Of a stretch of 64,000 nt of DNA, positions 24,872 through 37,182 are shown in pieces. The position numbers were made by a program, and so were the translations under genes. The DNA is from Phoronis australis (lineage: Eukaryota; Animalia; Phoronida), in NCBI GenBank assembly GCA_002633005.1, contig NMRA01000005.1, positions 637,699-701,698 of the forward strand, in the 5' to 3' direction. Numbering within the stretch: position 1 is the first letter of the stretch; each line of letters starts with the position of its first letter. The notes below the pieces were generated by a model that saw only the letters and a list, made by a program, of their open reading frames with translations, was not told the DNA's origin and did not search any database.

Positions 24872-27800
24872 ATGGAGGACTGTTTCACTGAAACAGCAGA
24901 AGCGCTAAATACATTGCGCTTAGAAGGGAAGTTATGCGACGCCGTTCTTGTGGTCAACGGCCGGCAATTTCCAGTACATAGAGCCATAATGGCGGCAATT
25001 AGTCCATATTTCAAAGCATTGTTTACCAACGGTCTAAAAGAAACAGATAAATCAGAAATCATAATTCCTGATATGCCGGAGGAGGTCTTAGAAAACATAG
25101 TTGAATATGCATACACAAGAAAGGTAGGTTTTTGAACATTCATGGATCAACTCGTACGCTAACATTCTTGGCCTTATTTTGTCACCCAAACCTTATAACC
25201 TAGCCTAAGACAGACTTTGATTGTCAATCACAGCAGCTGATTTAATGCTTGTGGCCCAGTCGTGCTGCCGAAGAAAACCTATTTGCGCTAATTTCTCTAA
25301 TAATGGACTGAAAATTCGAAAACAACTAATATTTAATTTTTAATTTTAATACATTGTTGTTGGTCATTTGCCTTCCTTGCTGTTTTCTTTTTTTTTTCTT
25401 GTTTTTTTTTTTGACTTTCAAACTCGTACGCTTAACAGGCGCGTTGCTGCGATAGCAATTCTCATCCAGTACACATTTTGGCCATGAATAGCGACCAGCT
25501 CACTTAGATTTGTGACGGCGTCATCAAGCCCTTGATGGGCCAAAAATTTCGCTGGAGATTGTGGGGTGGAAGATGCACGCGTTTTCGTCAACTTGCGTGC
25601 AAACAGTATTAGCCTAAGCGAAACTTTGGTGGCGATCGGCATAAATGTGTTAGGCCGGGGACAGTGGTACCCCCACCAACATATTTGGACACAGTATATC
25701 ATCTATTAAAAAGATAATTGTTCCAGTGCTGCATTTATCCTGTGGTACTACCTTTGTCGGATATTTGAGCGATGAGGAACACCAGTTTTTGAAAATCTCC
25801 CCCCCCCCCCGTTATTTCGTTGCAATCAAAAACCCAGACCCGTTTACGCGTCCCAATTAACCTGTTTATTGTAAAGTGTCGGAGAATTCTAAACTAATGC
25901 AGACATTTGCCAACGTAATCACCAACAAATGGTTCCGTTATGAAAAGAAATTTAACAACCTTTTTGAATAGAGAAATATTGTTAGTGTAATCAAGTTTTC
26001 TGTACCCATTACTCAAAAAGTTAAGTTTTGATTAGGAACTTTAGGGAATTCAGAGTAATTGTTGTTAATATCGAGTATTGTTCGAGTGTATGGAAAAGCT
26101 CTGTTCTCTCATCATTTTTTTACTGTGCAGTCAAAATATACAAGTGCATGAGCTTATAAAATGACGTCACTACACAAACAAAATGGTGTAGTGTCCCTAA
26201 ACTTGTCGTTGTTGAGGAACAATACGCATCTTGATCTGTATAAGCTAATTTCGTGATTGCGGAGAACTTCGTGAAGTTAGGGCACTGTAAATCTAAATCA
26301 GTATTATACTGGTTGAAGTTGTGCATAAGTGAGACTGTTGAAGTGCTTTCTTTTATTTTAGTGGTTAAGGAATTCCAGTTATCCATGCACTAACTATGAG
26401 GGAAAGTGGAATAGAGTTACTATGTCGCAGCCCAAGTCTAGTGCATTGCTCTTGTAAGAATCAAATGAGACTTTACTTGAATAGTTGGTTTTGTTGTTTA
26501 AGTATAAATAAAAGTATAAATGGACACGTGAAGTTTACGACGAGTAACTAGTTTGTTCCAGCTGAGATTATTTAGCAAATTGATTGATTGTATTGGATCC
26601 TTTGAAAGCTCCGGTTATGGCTAAAATTGCCAACTGGTACTGTTATCTTTTTGAAATATCAAAATCATTGAAGTATGCCAGCGTTCGATGATTGGTATAT
26701 GATATCACAGTAATCTAGCACAAAGACTTGAAAATTTTTAAGATACGTGTGGCGTTAAGATGACGAGAAACAATTTTCATCGGATTACTTAACTTCTGTG
26801 CCTTTACGGCAGTGAGGTATGGTTGCAAGGGTTTCATCCAATATATACCACGGTGTGTGTGTGTGTGNTGTGTGATAGTCTATGTTGTTGGATTTAGAAA
26901 ATGTTAAATCATCACTTTTTCAGGTTTAAAATTCATGCTGCATTTATGGGACTTGAGACAAAGAATTTGTCCAGGTCAGACTGTAACTGTAGGGAGTTCT
27001 AAGGATGAGCTTTTGGGAATGGGTAGAAAATTGCTGTCGTCAGGGTATATGAAGGTTTTCGAATTTATTGAATCCGGAAGATCGCTAATTAATGTAAGAA
27101 GAGGAGAGGGCCTATGACTCTCCACAGGGGTACTCCTTCATTGACGTAGCCGGGCGAAGACGAGGATTACAGGACTTCATCTATCCCTTTTCAATTGCGA
27201 CAAGCGAGATATGACTGTAGAAGAAAGAAGAGAGTGCACGAGTAACCATAAAATTGTAACTTGTGTGGCAGTAGATCGTGATGAACGATATCAAATGCTG
27301 ACGCAATGTCAAGAAAAATCGATCCTACGTTAAGCCTTGCTGAAAGTATTAAACTTTTTGGTGAAAAACATATTTATATTTTCCATACTTTTTGGGTGCT
27401 CTAAACTTTTCTTACACTCTTTGTTGCTTCCTCGTTGTTAGTATTGAAGCATTCGTTAGCATTGCTGATCAACAATGAGAGTCCTATAGTGTGTTTTCAG
27501 AAACAGTTATGAGTCCATTCAGTCATGAAGAGTGTCGGTGTCTGTCACTGTACTAACTGTTTAATGTCAAGAATAAGCTGGAATGTTGTAATGGTGATTT
27601 GAGTGCAGCGAAATTTGAAGCTGGTCACGTGACAGGCGTTGGCACTTGAGTCATGAAACCCAAAGTGTATTAAAACTGCATTAATTGGTAATTTATGCTG
27701 GATCCTTATACAGCCCTGTGACAGAGTCCAGTTTTGTACTTTTTATGGAAAAAAATTACTTTTTGATGAGAATGTGGATACTTTTTCAATTTTAACGAGT

Positions 27801-30800
27801 AGCAGGTGGCAGCACTGATTTTGAGCAAAAATTGTATTTTCAATATTCATTTACACAATTGAAATGAAGCATGAAATTTCAATTCCTGTTTTTCATATTG
27901 GAAATGAGATGTTGAACAAAAGTGGGGCTTCCATTTTCGCTTAGTCGTATATTGGGAATGGGATATTGAGCAAAAGTTGGATTTTCTACTCATTTGTATA
28001 ATGAAAATTGAGCTATCATAATACGCATTGATTTAACCAACTATGGGGCTGGTCTAGAAAAGTTTGTCTGAGTTATACAGTTTCTCAACTAAATCTGTTA
28101 TGAAGATTTGACCCTTGAAGTATACCTTGAAACATTCTATACGTCATGTTTTATCGAGTGCTGATTCTGTGATTCTGTTTTTCAGGTAAAGGTTTCCTCG
28201 GGAAATGTGGAAATTTTATTACCATACGCGGAACAATTTCACATAAATGGGATAACAAATGCGTGTTGCAATTTTCTAGAAAATCAACTTATGCCTGAAA
28301 ATTGTGTGGGCATCTACAAATTTGCGGACGCTTTCTTCCTAACATGCTTGCGAGACAAAGCGAGAAGGTTTATCACACATCATTTCCAGACTGTCGGTTA
28401 TCAAAGCTCAGAGCTTTTGCAGCTGGATATCAAAGACATTTGCTCTATTCTGAGTGACGACTACCTCAACACCAGATTTGAGGAAGACGTGTTCAACATA
28501 GCGAAACGTTGGGTCGAGTTCGATCTGCAAAACCGGTCAAAACACTTACCAGTCTTACTACACTGCGTCCGTTTCGGACTTATTCATCTAGACTTCTTCA
28601 AGCCTCAAATACACGATTGCAGTTTGGTGAAGAATAACAGTGAGTGTGCCGCCATCATCAAAGACGCTTGGGATTTTCTTACAGCTTTGGAACAGGACGA
28701 ATCGAAGAGGCACGACCTACGGAACCCTCACGTGCGGCCCCGAATACCACACGAGGTTTGTGTCCATTATTAAGTCAGTCACCGACTCAACCACGAGTCG
28801 GTTGACCAAGAACTGTCAAACGACTTGTGGATACGGACGACATTTCGTAGGTCCGTGCAACAAGTTATTCCACAGGGAAATAAAATGTTTAAATCGATAT
28901 CAAAAAATTAGAGAACTAGCAGCAGAAATTATGCCTAGTTATCAAATGTATTAATCGTCACTTGGCATTGTTTCTGAAGGTCGAGATTACAAGACCATGT
29001 AATGCATTTTTCGCCTAGGAATACTCGTATGTGGTAATCTGGCCAGATACAGGGGCCGATCCAGGATTTTGAGTTAGGGGGAGCAGGGCAGAATATTAGC
29101 CAGGATTTTGCCCGTCAGACATTCGCACCTTCGAACTGCCACATGGAATATGGGAGAATTTAAGGGGACCTTGCCCACCCCCTTCCCACCTAAATCCGCC
29201 ACTGAAATATCAATAAGATAATGCACGTTAGTGTTAGTGAATGGTTATATAATATCAGTGATGCTTTGATTGACAGTTCATTAGGCTCGATGCATGGTGT
29301 TATTTGTGCATGACTGTCAACGATGAGATTCCGACAAAGGCCAATCCCCGTCTTCGTCTCTTTGTCAGGCCATATTGGCGGTATTATAATATTGCTCAGT
29401 GTAACATAGACGTGTACTGCGTGAGGACTGGATGGAGTTTCTTTTTCGAGTGACGTGCTTAACTTAAAACCAGTCTCCCATTGTACGACGAAAATCTGAG
29501 GAAGCACACATACAGGCACGCACGCACGCACAGAGGGAGAGGGAGAGGGACGCGCAATTGCTTCAGGAGTTTCCTTTTTTGAATGGCGTGCTGTACTAAA
29601 ATCACGCTCATTCTTCGTAGTAGGACGAAACTATCTAACGTAAACATATACATCAAATTGTGAGTAATTTTCTACCGAATACACAGTCACGTGTTTGAAT
29701 TATGTTCAATTTCTTTGTCTTTAGTGGAAACCCTGCTTAAAATACGAGTAGACAATTCAGGAAGTTTTTTGTTAATTAAACTGAACAAGCAAGCTTTCAA
29801 CAAGTGCCATTCATATTCCAATCGCCAATATACGAGAAACTTCCGACAAACTAATCCAGCCAAGGTAAAATATGGGAAAAGCGACCAGAACGATTCACGC
29901 TACTATATCGTCATTTCCCTTTTTGCGCCTCGAAGCACGTGTCAATCCCCTCAGGCTGACCATAATCATCGGCCGATACTTGTTGTTAACAATTGTTAAT
30001 AGGAAATAAATATACTTTTCCCTTTTTGGCTCATGTTCAATGGGCTGACATTTTTTTAATTATGGCTTGGTCGATGTTTTCCATTCCTTCATTGAATCGA
30101 AGCCTTCTTAAAAGAGTCGATGTCATTTTTCACCAATCAAAGTGCAGTGCTGTACACTAGTGATAACACGCGAACAAATGACATCATCCAAAATGTTCAT
30201 GTAGGCGTGAGACTACGACGTTTTTTGTTTCGGTTGTGTTCGCAAGGGGCAGTCCACCAATCATGCAAGAACGTACAACTCAAGCCTTCTGTCAGTCGTG
30301 AAAAGATAGAGCTGTAGAGTTCTATGGTGAAAGAAATGGTGTACGAGAAAAACAACGAGTTTGTAAGAAGTGAATTACGCCGGATTAACGAGAATGGGAA
30401 GAGCTTAAAGGACGTGATGGTGTCGACGGCAACGACAGTGGAAACGAAAAAGTCGTTAGTACTATTGTGATGATGACCCTGTTACGTAGGATGACGATGA
30501 CGACGACGACGACGACGACAATGATGTCATGATAAACGAAGTCTGGGATATCAGTGGTAGTAACACTGTAAGGACGACGTTGTATGCGCGCACCCAGACT
30601 AAAAGATGGGAGGCTCGAATTTTTGAAAATGTGGACCTTATACTGAGATTCACGGGGTACGTTCAGAGCTATGAATTGTGCATTCACGGAATTTTCCTGA
30701 CCTTTGTCTCGTTTCCAACTTTTTTTCGTAGTTTTTGTTTCTCTGAGACGGACATTTTTGCCCCCTTTGCTAAATGAGGGGTTCGTTCGAGCCATCGAGA

Positions 30801-33800
30801 CCCCGCCCCGGGTGTGCGCATGCGTCGACAAAGGTGTCAGCTGGATAAACTCCATTCTATTTTTCTTTATACGCTGCAGGTGATATTTGCAACGGGTGGC
30901 TGGACGGGCGGTAGTCCAACAACTTTTCTAGAATCCTACGACACGAGAGCAGACCGCTGGTTCTCTCAACCATTCGTGGCAGACAAAACGCCGAGGGCTT
31001 ACCACGGATGTGTAGAATTAAAAGGCCTTGTCTACGTTCTTGGTAATCAGACGTTCCACTTAACTAGTGCATTTTTAAGCTAAGTTATGTTTGCAGTTCG
31101 CGCGTGTAGCAAAGAACCGAAGTTCGGATTTTCAAGTGATATGATCCATGCATCGATATTTGGAAAACCATTGTTTTGATTCATGTTTGAGGTGAAAGTC
31201 TTTATATTTTATTTTCTTACAATTAGTTTACTGTGCTACTTTCACCTGATAAAACCATGGACCGAATGTTCTTCGTTGGTTGCGTCGGACGCTAACTTGT
31301 TTTATTCCACATAGAAATTTGACATGGTACTCGCTGAATCTATAGAAGCGCTGTGCGGGGATAGAGGTTATGCAGAACCATCCTCAAACGTCAGCGCATT
31401 CAGCCAAATACATGTATCTAATTGTAGATTTTATCTCGGTGTATATTTTCTGAAATTGGAAACTCTGTAGAATCGAGACCATGCATGTGTTTCAAGTAAA
31501 ATTTAGCGGTACAGCCTTCTTAAGATGTGAAAGCGAACAACTAACAGGTTAACTAACTCAGTAAGTTTCAAAATAAGGAAGAAGTGAGCTCGGCAGTAAT
31601 AAGAAAACTGAGTGCCGAATGCGTGTCCTCCTGGCGGCGAGGAAGAAAGGTAAAGTGCACGCGGCCAAGCTGTACACTCTGCACTCGTTCAGATGTTCTT
31701 AATAAACTTCTCTAGTAAAACAAAAGAACGCACATTTCAGTCATCGCCCGTTTTATTGGAGGTACGACAATTTGATTATGTTTCCAGTCTCTGGCTAATC
31801 CACCGCTGAGTCTGCCAGTTTTCGAATACTCTTTCCCAATCTGTGGCATATTTAGACTGAAACTCGCTTTTCTAAATGATCAAATCCCCTTTGAAACCCA
31901 ATAACATTACAATTGTAATTGCTAACCTGTACCGTTTTGGGAGAATAACTATTACCAGAGTATTGTGTAGTTGGACACGATGCCTGAACTTTAAAATCCC
32001 GCGCCAGGCAAAGTATGCTTGCGAGTAAGGCAGTACAAGAAGGGTCACATGCTTCAACAATTGGGCAAGATGCGAATTAATGGCGTCTAGTATTTTTGCT
32101 GAAATATAAGCATGAAAATCCCATTCACTAAAATTAAAGTGTACTTGCTGAGTAACTTTTGAAGTGTTGCCTGAGATATGAATTCGTGTAATTCTGTTCA
32201 ACTTTGCGCATTTTAGCCACGCTTCTTTGTCGCTGACTTTGTCACTTACTGCTGCACCGACACATATTCTATTTGAATTGAGTAGGTGGTTTCGACGGAA
32301 CAACATATTTCAACAGCGTTCGTGCATTCAACCCAGTCACAAAATTATGGCACGAAGTGGCTCCTATGTACAAGCAGAGGTGTTACGTCAGCACCACAGT
32401 TGCGGATGGCTCCATCTACGCATGCGGGGGCTTCGATGGTCGCGAGAGGCTGCAGAGTGCTGAGAAGTACAGTCCTTCAGCCAATCAGTGGACTTGTCTT
32501 CCGGACATGCTCAGACGGCGCTCAGATGCTAACGCCGCGTTTTGTGCAGGTGAGAAAATGCGCGGAGAGAGCACAATGATAAACACCAAATGCGTTCAAG
32601 ATAAAAAATACGTTTGTGTAATTTAACAGCAAATTTTCACCAGTGCGCGGTTGAGGACCGTACCGGCTTCTACAGATTGTATTTGACTTCCTGAAAATCC
32701 TCTCATGTACCAAAGTTGAGTTGCGATAGTAAAGAGAGCTTACTATGTACACGTAATTCACATTTATTCACATTCTAACCGGGCTCGTCCGTCATCATGG
32801 AAAAAGGGGTACAAAGCAATTTATGCACCAGATGATGTTTTTCACAAACCTTTTCGCCCTGGTGGATTCTACCCGCCATAATGATGGATGTGTCAGATCA
32901 AAGATCTAGGAATAAATTTAAATTATGTGTAGGATACTTGTCACATTGTGATCCTCAGTCCTCTGATTTAAGTGAGAGGAAGCGGAACGTGTAAAAGGGA
33001 TCCCAGGTCCACTAATATAGGTAACTCTATTTGCGCCCTCTTTTAGGTAAGATCTTTGTCTGTGGCGGGTTTGACGGCCAGGAGTGCCTGGACACGGCGG
33101 AGGTGTTTGAGTTGAGCACGGAGCAGTGGTCGGTGATCCCGCCAATGAGGGAGAGGCGCAGCGGCGTCAGCCTAGTCTCCTACAGAGGCAATGTGCACGC
33201 GCTTGGGGGATTCAACGGCTGGCACAGGCTAGCATGTGGTGAGAAAATCGTTAGTTTGTTTTCATGTCCGGCGGTCCGAAACCAATGGGCATCGATTTTA
33301 GGAACGATGAGGATTTCCTACGCTGGCCCAAAGATTACACGTGTTTTCTGACATTTATAAGTTTTTAGTTTGTTTTTGCATTTCCACCCGGGTTATGCTT
33401 TCTGTGTTAGTTATTTTCTAGCCCGGTAGAAATGTTTTGTGCTCGGATATAATACTTTTTACTCCAGTAAATGTTTTACACTCTGGTAGTAATGCTTTTC
33501 TCTCTCTTGGAAAATAAAATTTAAAAATGTTGTCTCTGGGCCACCGTAGATTTGGAAAAAATGAAAAAGAGTTGACTAAATATTCCATCTCTTGTCCTAA
33601 TGGCGGATAAATACTTGGCGGGTAAATCTAGTATTGCGCTTTCGCCGATTTCCCCTCAGCATTTGACACTCTCCCCGCCATAATGATTTTCTGAGATTAG
33701 TCTCTACGGCGGAATCAAACACTCGATAAATGGCAAAGTGTTTTCAGAGCATAAAACTGGTATTGTTGATTTCACCAAATTTCTGTCAGACAACGACGAG

Positions 33801-36800
33801 AATTGGTGATTTGTATTAAAGTCACAAAAACACAGCAGGTTTTGCTTGTCAAAGTTAGTAACTTCAAGAAGTCTATTATAAATAGATAATTGATAATTAA
33901 AAATGCGTTTTTCGTATGTAAAACCGGTAATGTGAATTTAATTTAATACTTATATACTTGTTATACGTTTTTACTTCGTCTTACTTGCCACGGCCTCAAT
34001 AGCGCAATCGACTTCTTACAAGCAGCCAACAAATGCACGAGTCCACAGTTTCGAGTTAAGCATGCGCAGTGTTTGCGCATTCGCTTGGTTGAGAACTAGG
34101 TAGAGTAAACAAGCAGATTTTTATATTGCGCTCTACATGGACCAGACAGTAAAGTGCAGATTTCTCCTATAATAGCGAGTAAACGGTGAAAACTGCTCGT
34201 CCTGAGAGGGGGGCTAGGAGGTTCAATGAGAACGAACAATGAATTCGAGTAGAATGAGTAAAACCGGTATTTACTACATATAGGCTAACGCAAGCCAATT
34301 GTAATTGTACACGTAAAGTGTTACGTGACCGTAGTAAATGTATAACATGCGGCTCAATAGATACAAAGCCTAGGAGAAAATAAGAAAATAAAAAACAGTG
34401 AACACAAAAATGAGAATAATGTTCGAAACGCACCCTAGCATCACTACTAAATGACACAACTTCACTCGCTTATGAATTAGAAAAGAATCGACTGGGAATG
34501 AATGCCGTTTCTATCCGTCTATTATCACAGGAGAGCGATATGACCACGCCACCAAGCGATGGGTACCCATCCAAAAAATGTTCACAGCCAGAAGCAACTT
34601 CTCGTGCGTTGTTATGGACAACATGATATTCGCCATTGGTGGATTTAACGGTAAGACAGTGCGTGCCAAAAACGCTCATCTTCGGTCACTGAGCTTATAC
34701 GGACTCATTGACCTAATGATTAAAATGTTATATATAGGTGCGCAACCGGAGGGTCTTGTGTTCTATTTCGTGAACTTGGCGACGTTTTGTTCTCACTCCA
34801 CACTCAGTCGCTCGAACCAAAGAACAATTCGTTGGATTCTCTCAAAAGCAAAAGTAGAGCAGATTTAAAATGATGCAGGGCATCAATTACGATGAGTGTT
34901 CGCAAAAGGTCACAACCCATTCAGGGTTCATATAATTCAATTGTTATTTGTATGAATTATTACACTAACTTCGAGTCTATACTTACATTGGCGCGACGTT
35001 TCGGTCGGACACTTAGTCTCCGGCCACCATCATATATTACAACGTTCTTGTAAGAACAAGCACTCGAATCTGGTACACTCTTGGTCGGCACTTGGATTGC
35101 ATTTTTCTGGGTGCAGCGCGGGGTTCAAACCTGGGATTTCCATTGAAAACTCCAAGTACTAGGTCTCTGAGTCATTTCACTGCACATATACCGGTGCTCG
35201 AGAAATGACCAACCGAAACATCGTGTGTACATGTAATTAGGCTTGAGATTGATGTAAATACACCGGAAACGTTTTAGAAATGATGTTAAGTGTTTGAGTT
35301 ACACCTGGTGGTAAACAAAGACAGCAAATTCCGAAGCTGTTTGGGCTCAGACATAGGCTTTGCAAAATCACATTGTCTTTGTACTCTAAATCGATGCAAT
35401 AAGGCCTAATTCTGATAAGGACATTTTGTACTCTGGTAAAATGCAACCGGTGCATCTTGTTGTACGCCGAGAACAATGGTCTTGTGTACAGTCGATCACT
35501 TCTTTTGACACTTACATTATAAATAATTAAATAAGAAAATGTATTAGGACAGGTCGCACAATTTCTTCATGAAGATAAAAATATGTAGAAGCCGTTACAG
35601 GAGATAAAAATTAAACCTTCAAGTACAAAAGTTCACTTTTGTCATACACTATTTCGAAAGTAAAAACAATGACAATGGTATTATATCATTCGAACAAAAA
35701 CAAAACACAGAAACTCTAAAGATAATTCCTTTCAGCTAGAATTTCAAAATTTTGAAAATCCAATATACATAGGCAAGGTTTCATGTAATGATAAGTAACC
35801 ACTAGACAATACAAATTTACATGTGTGAAGCAAATTCTCTTTTCATCTACATGTACATGTACAAGTACGAAATATAAAAAATAACCAAAGTTTGTTCTAA
35901 GTTGCGCCAGTTTGTACAATTGCGACAGTTCGTGATCTTGTAAGGCTCTTCCTCGTGGTTACTTTGATAGGTACTACGACAGTGGCTCATGTAGAGTGTT
36001 ATGATGGCGATGTAGACGACTGGTACGACGCAACGGACATGAACATCAACAGGTAAATGATTTGGGAACCACTTATCAGTAGGAGTAAAAAAATAGGCAT
36101 GTCTTTGAAGTTACAGCATCCTATGAAGACACTTTTTTCTATCAATATGAATAGCTATTAAAATGGTTTCCAAGGCAGAACGGTCGATGCAGTTCAAAAA
36201 ATTATTGATTCCTCTCCAAGAGTCTCAAAAAGATTTAATATTTTTTGGGACAAGTGGGGCCACACATCTTTCAGGCGTCAACTAACTTAACCTCTCTCTG
36301 TCTGTTATGGTCATGACACTGTGTCATTCTGGCAATTATTACACAGCGGCTGATACACTTGTCTCCTGATTGACTGAAATGAAATGCGGTACGATGACTT
36401 CCGATATAACGCAATAAATTGACCAACGTGACCACTGAATATCACTTTTCATTCATGCCGCCCGTGCGTTAGATGTCGCCATTCGCGATCAGACCAATCA
36501 GATTGTCATGTTTTATCCCGTAGAAGGGTGGGCCCAGGTTGTCACTGACCGGTGATAATAGTGTTCGGTGCTGCGATAGAGTGAAGACTGGTTCAAGATA
36601 ATCCCGATCGTACGTGCACAAGTCTACTCAATCAAAACCTTGACGTAGTGTTTATTCTGTGCTTAAGCAAGTGCTGCTAAGCTTTCACTTGTAACTGTAT
36701 CACAATTTAACTCTTTAACTTTACTTTAACTGATGCTCATTAATCCGTGCCTGGGTACTTATAGTCTCCTGCGATGTTCTGGAACTATCCAGACCGGACG

Positions 36801-37182
36801 AAAGCATCGAAAGAAAAAAATATCAGTGCATGGTTGTATAATAAAAACAAATTTACACCGTTCTCTCAGATATATCAGGCCACATGGTCTTCGGGAGAGC
36901 AATGTTTTCCCTCGGTCCTTATGACTATATATTAACCCAGGCTCTTCGTCGGTCCATATTTGCGTAATATTCCACTGCGCTCTTACATAGTCTAAAGGAG
37001 CTTGCTAATTCGTTTTGTTTTTCCTTAGAAGTGCGTTGGCAGCTTGTATCGTACACGACCTACCAAATATGAGAGACTACACCTATTATGGACACATAAA
37101 TACAACTGAGGGAGAAGTCCCTCTCACGCAAGCAGAGACCTGCACCAGCAAACCATGTGACCAGAATTCAAACAACTGCTGA
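24872..37182 (+). CDS. KLHL10: Kelch-like protein 10-like (BTB-BACK-Kelch); exons 24872-25123, 28186-28755, 30880-31042, 32286-32549, 33047-33238, 34531-34650, 35971-36052, 37029-37182
   Basis: BTB (LCDAVLVVNGRQFPVHRAIMAAISPYFKALFT), BACK and Kelch repeats with KLHL10-type motifs RPRIPHEVIFATGGWTGGSPT, YDTRADRW, PRAYHG, RCYVS, RSNF and DMNINRSAL. All introns are GT-AG with consistent phase. Confidence 0.9.
26100..27200 (-). mobile_element. Highly degenerate CR1/L2-type LINE fragment in KLHL10 intron 1
   Basis: The minus strand reads KIFKSFVLDYCDIIY near 26695-26740 (the post-RT motif of CR1/L2 ORF2) and DNWNSL further downstream; many stops. Boundaries approximate. Confidence 0.6.
29050..29204. 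mobile_element. MITE family A
   Basis: TIRs; TSD agata/aaata (1 mismatch). Confidence 0.85.
30490..30527. repeat. (GAC/GAT)n trinucleotide microsatellite
   Basis: gatgacgatgacgacgacgacgacgacgacaatgatg. Confidence 0.85.
30583..30822. mobile_element. MITE family B (CATGCGCGCACCC termini)
   Basis: tatgcgcgcaccc...gggtgtgcgcatg; flanks cgttg/cgtcg (5-bp TSD, 1 mismatch). Confidence 0.78.
35060..35182 (-). mobile_element. Possible tRNA-derived SINE head, degenerate
   Basis: The minus strand reads ...gactcagagacctagtac...aatcccaggtttgaaccccgcg..., resembling A/B boxes. Confidence 0.35.

Noticed and set aside
30385-30855. 156-aa minus-strand ORF
   Set aside because: It is composed of a family B MITE plus a (GAC)n microsatellite within a KLHL10 intron and has no protein-like features.
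31872-32306. 144-aa minus-strand ORF antisense to KLHL10 intron 3
   Set aside because: No recognisable motifs or splice support; likely a chance ORF.
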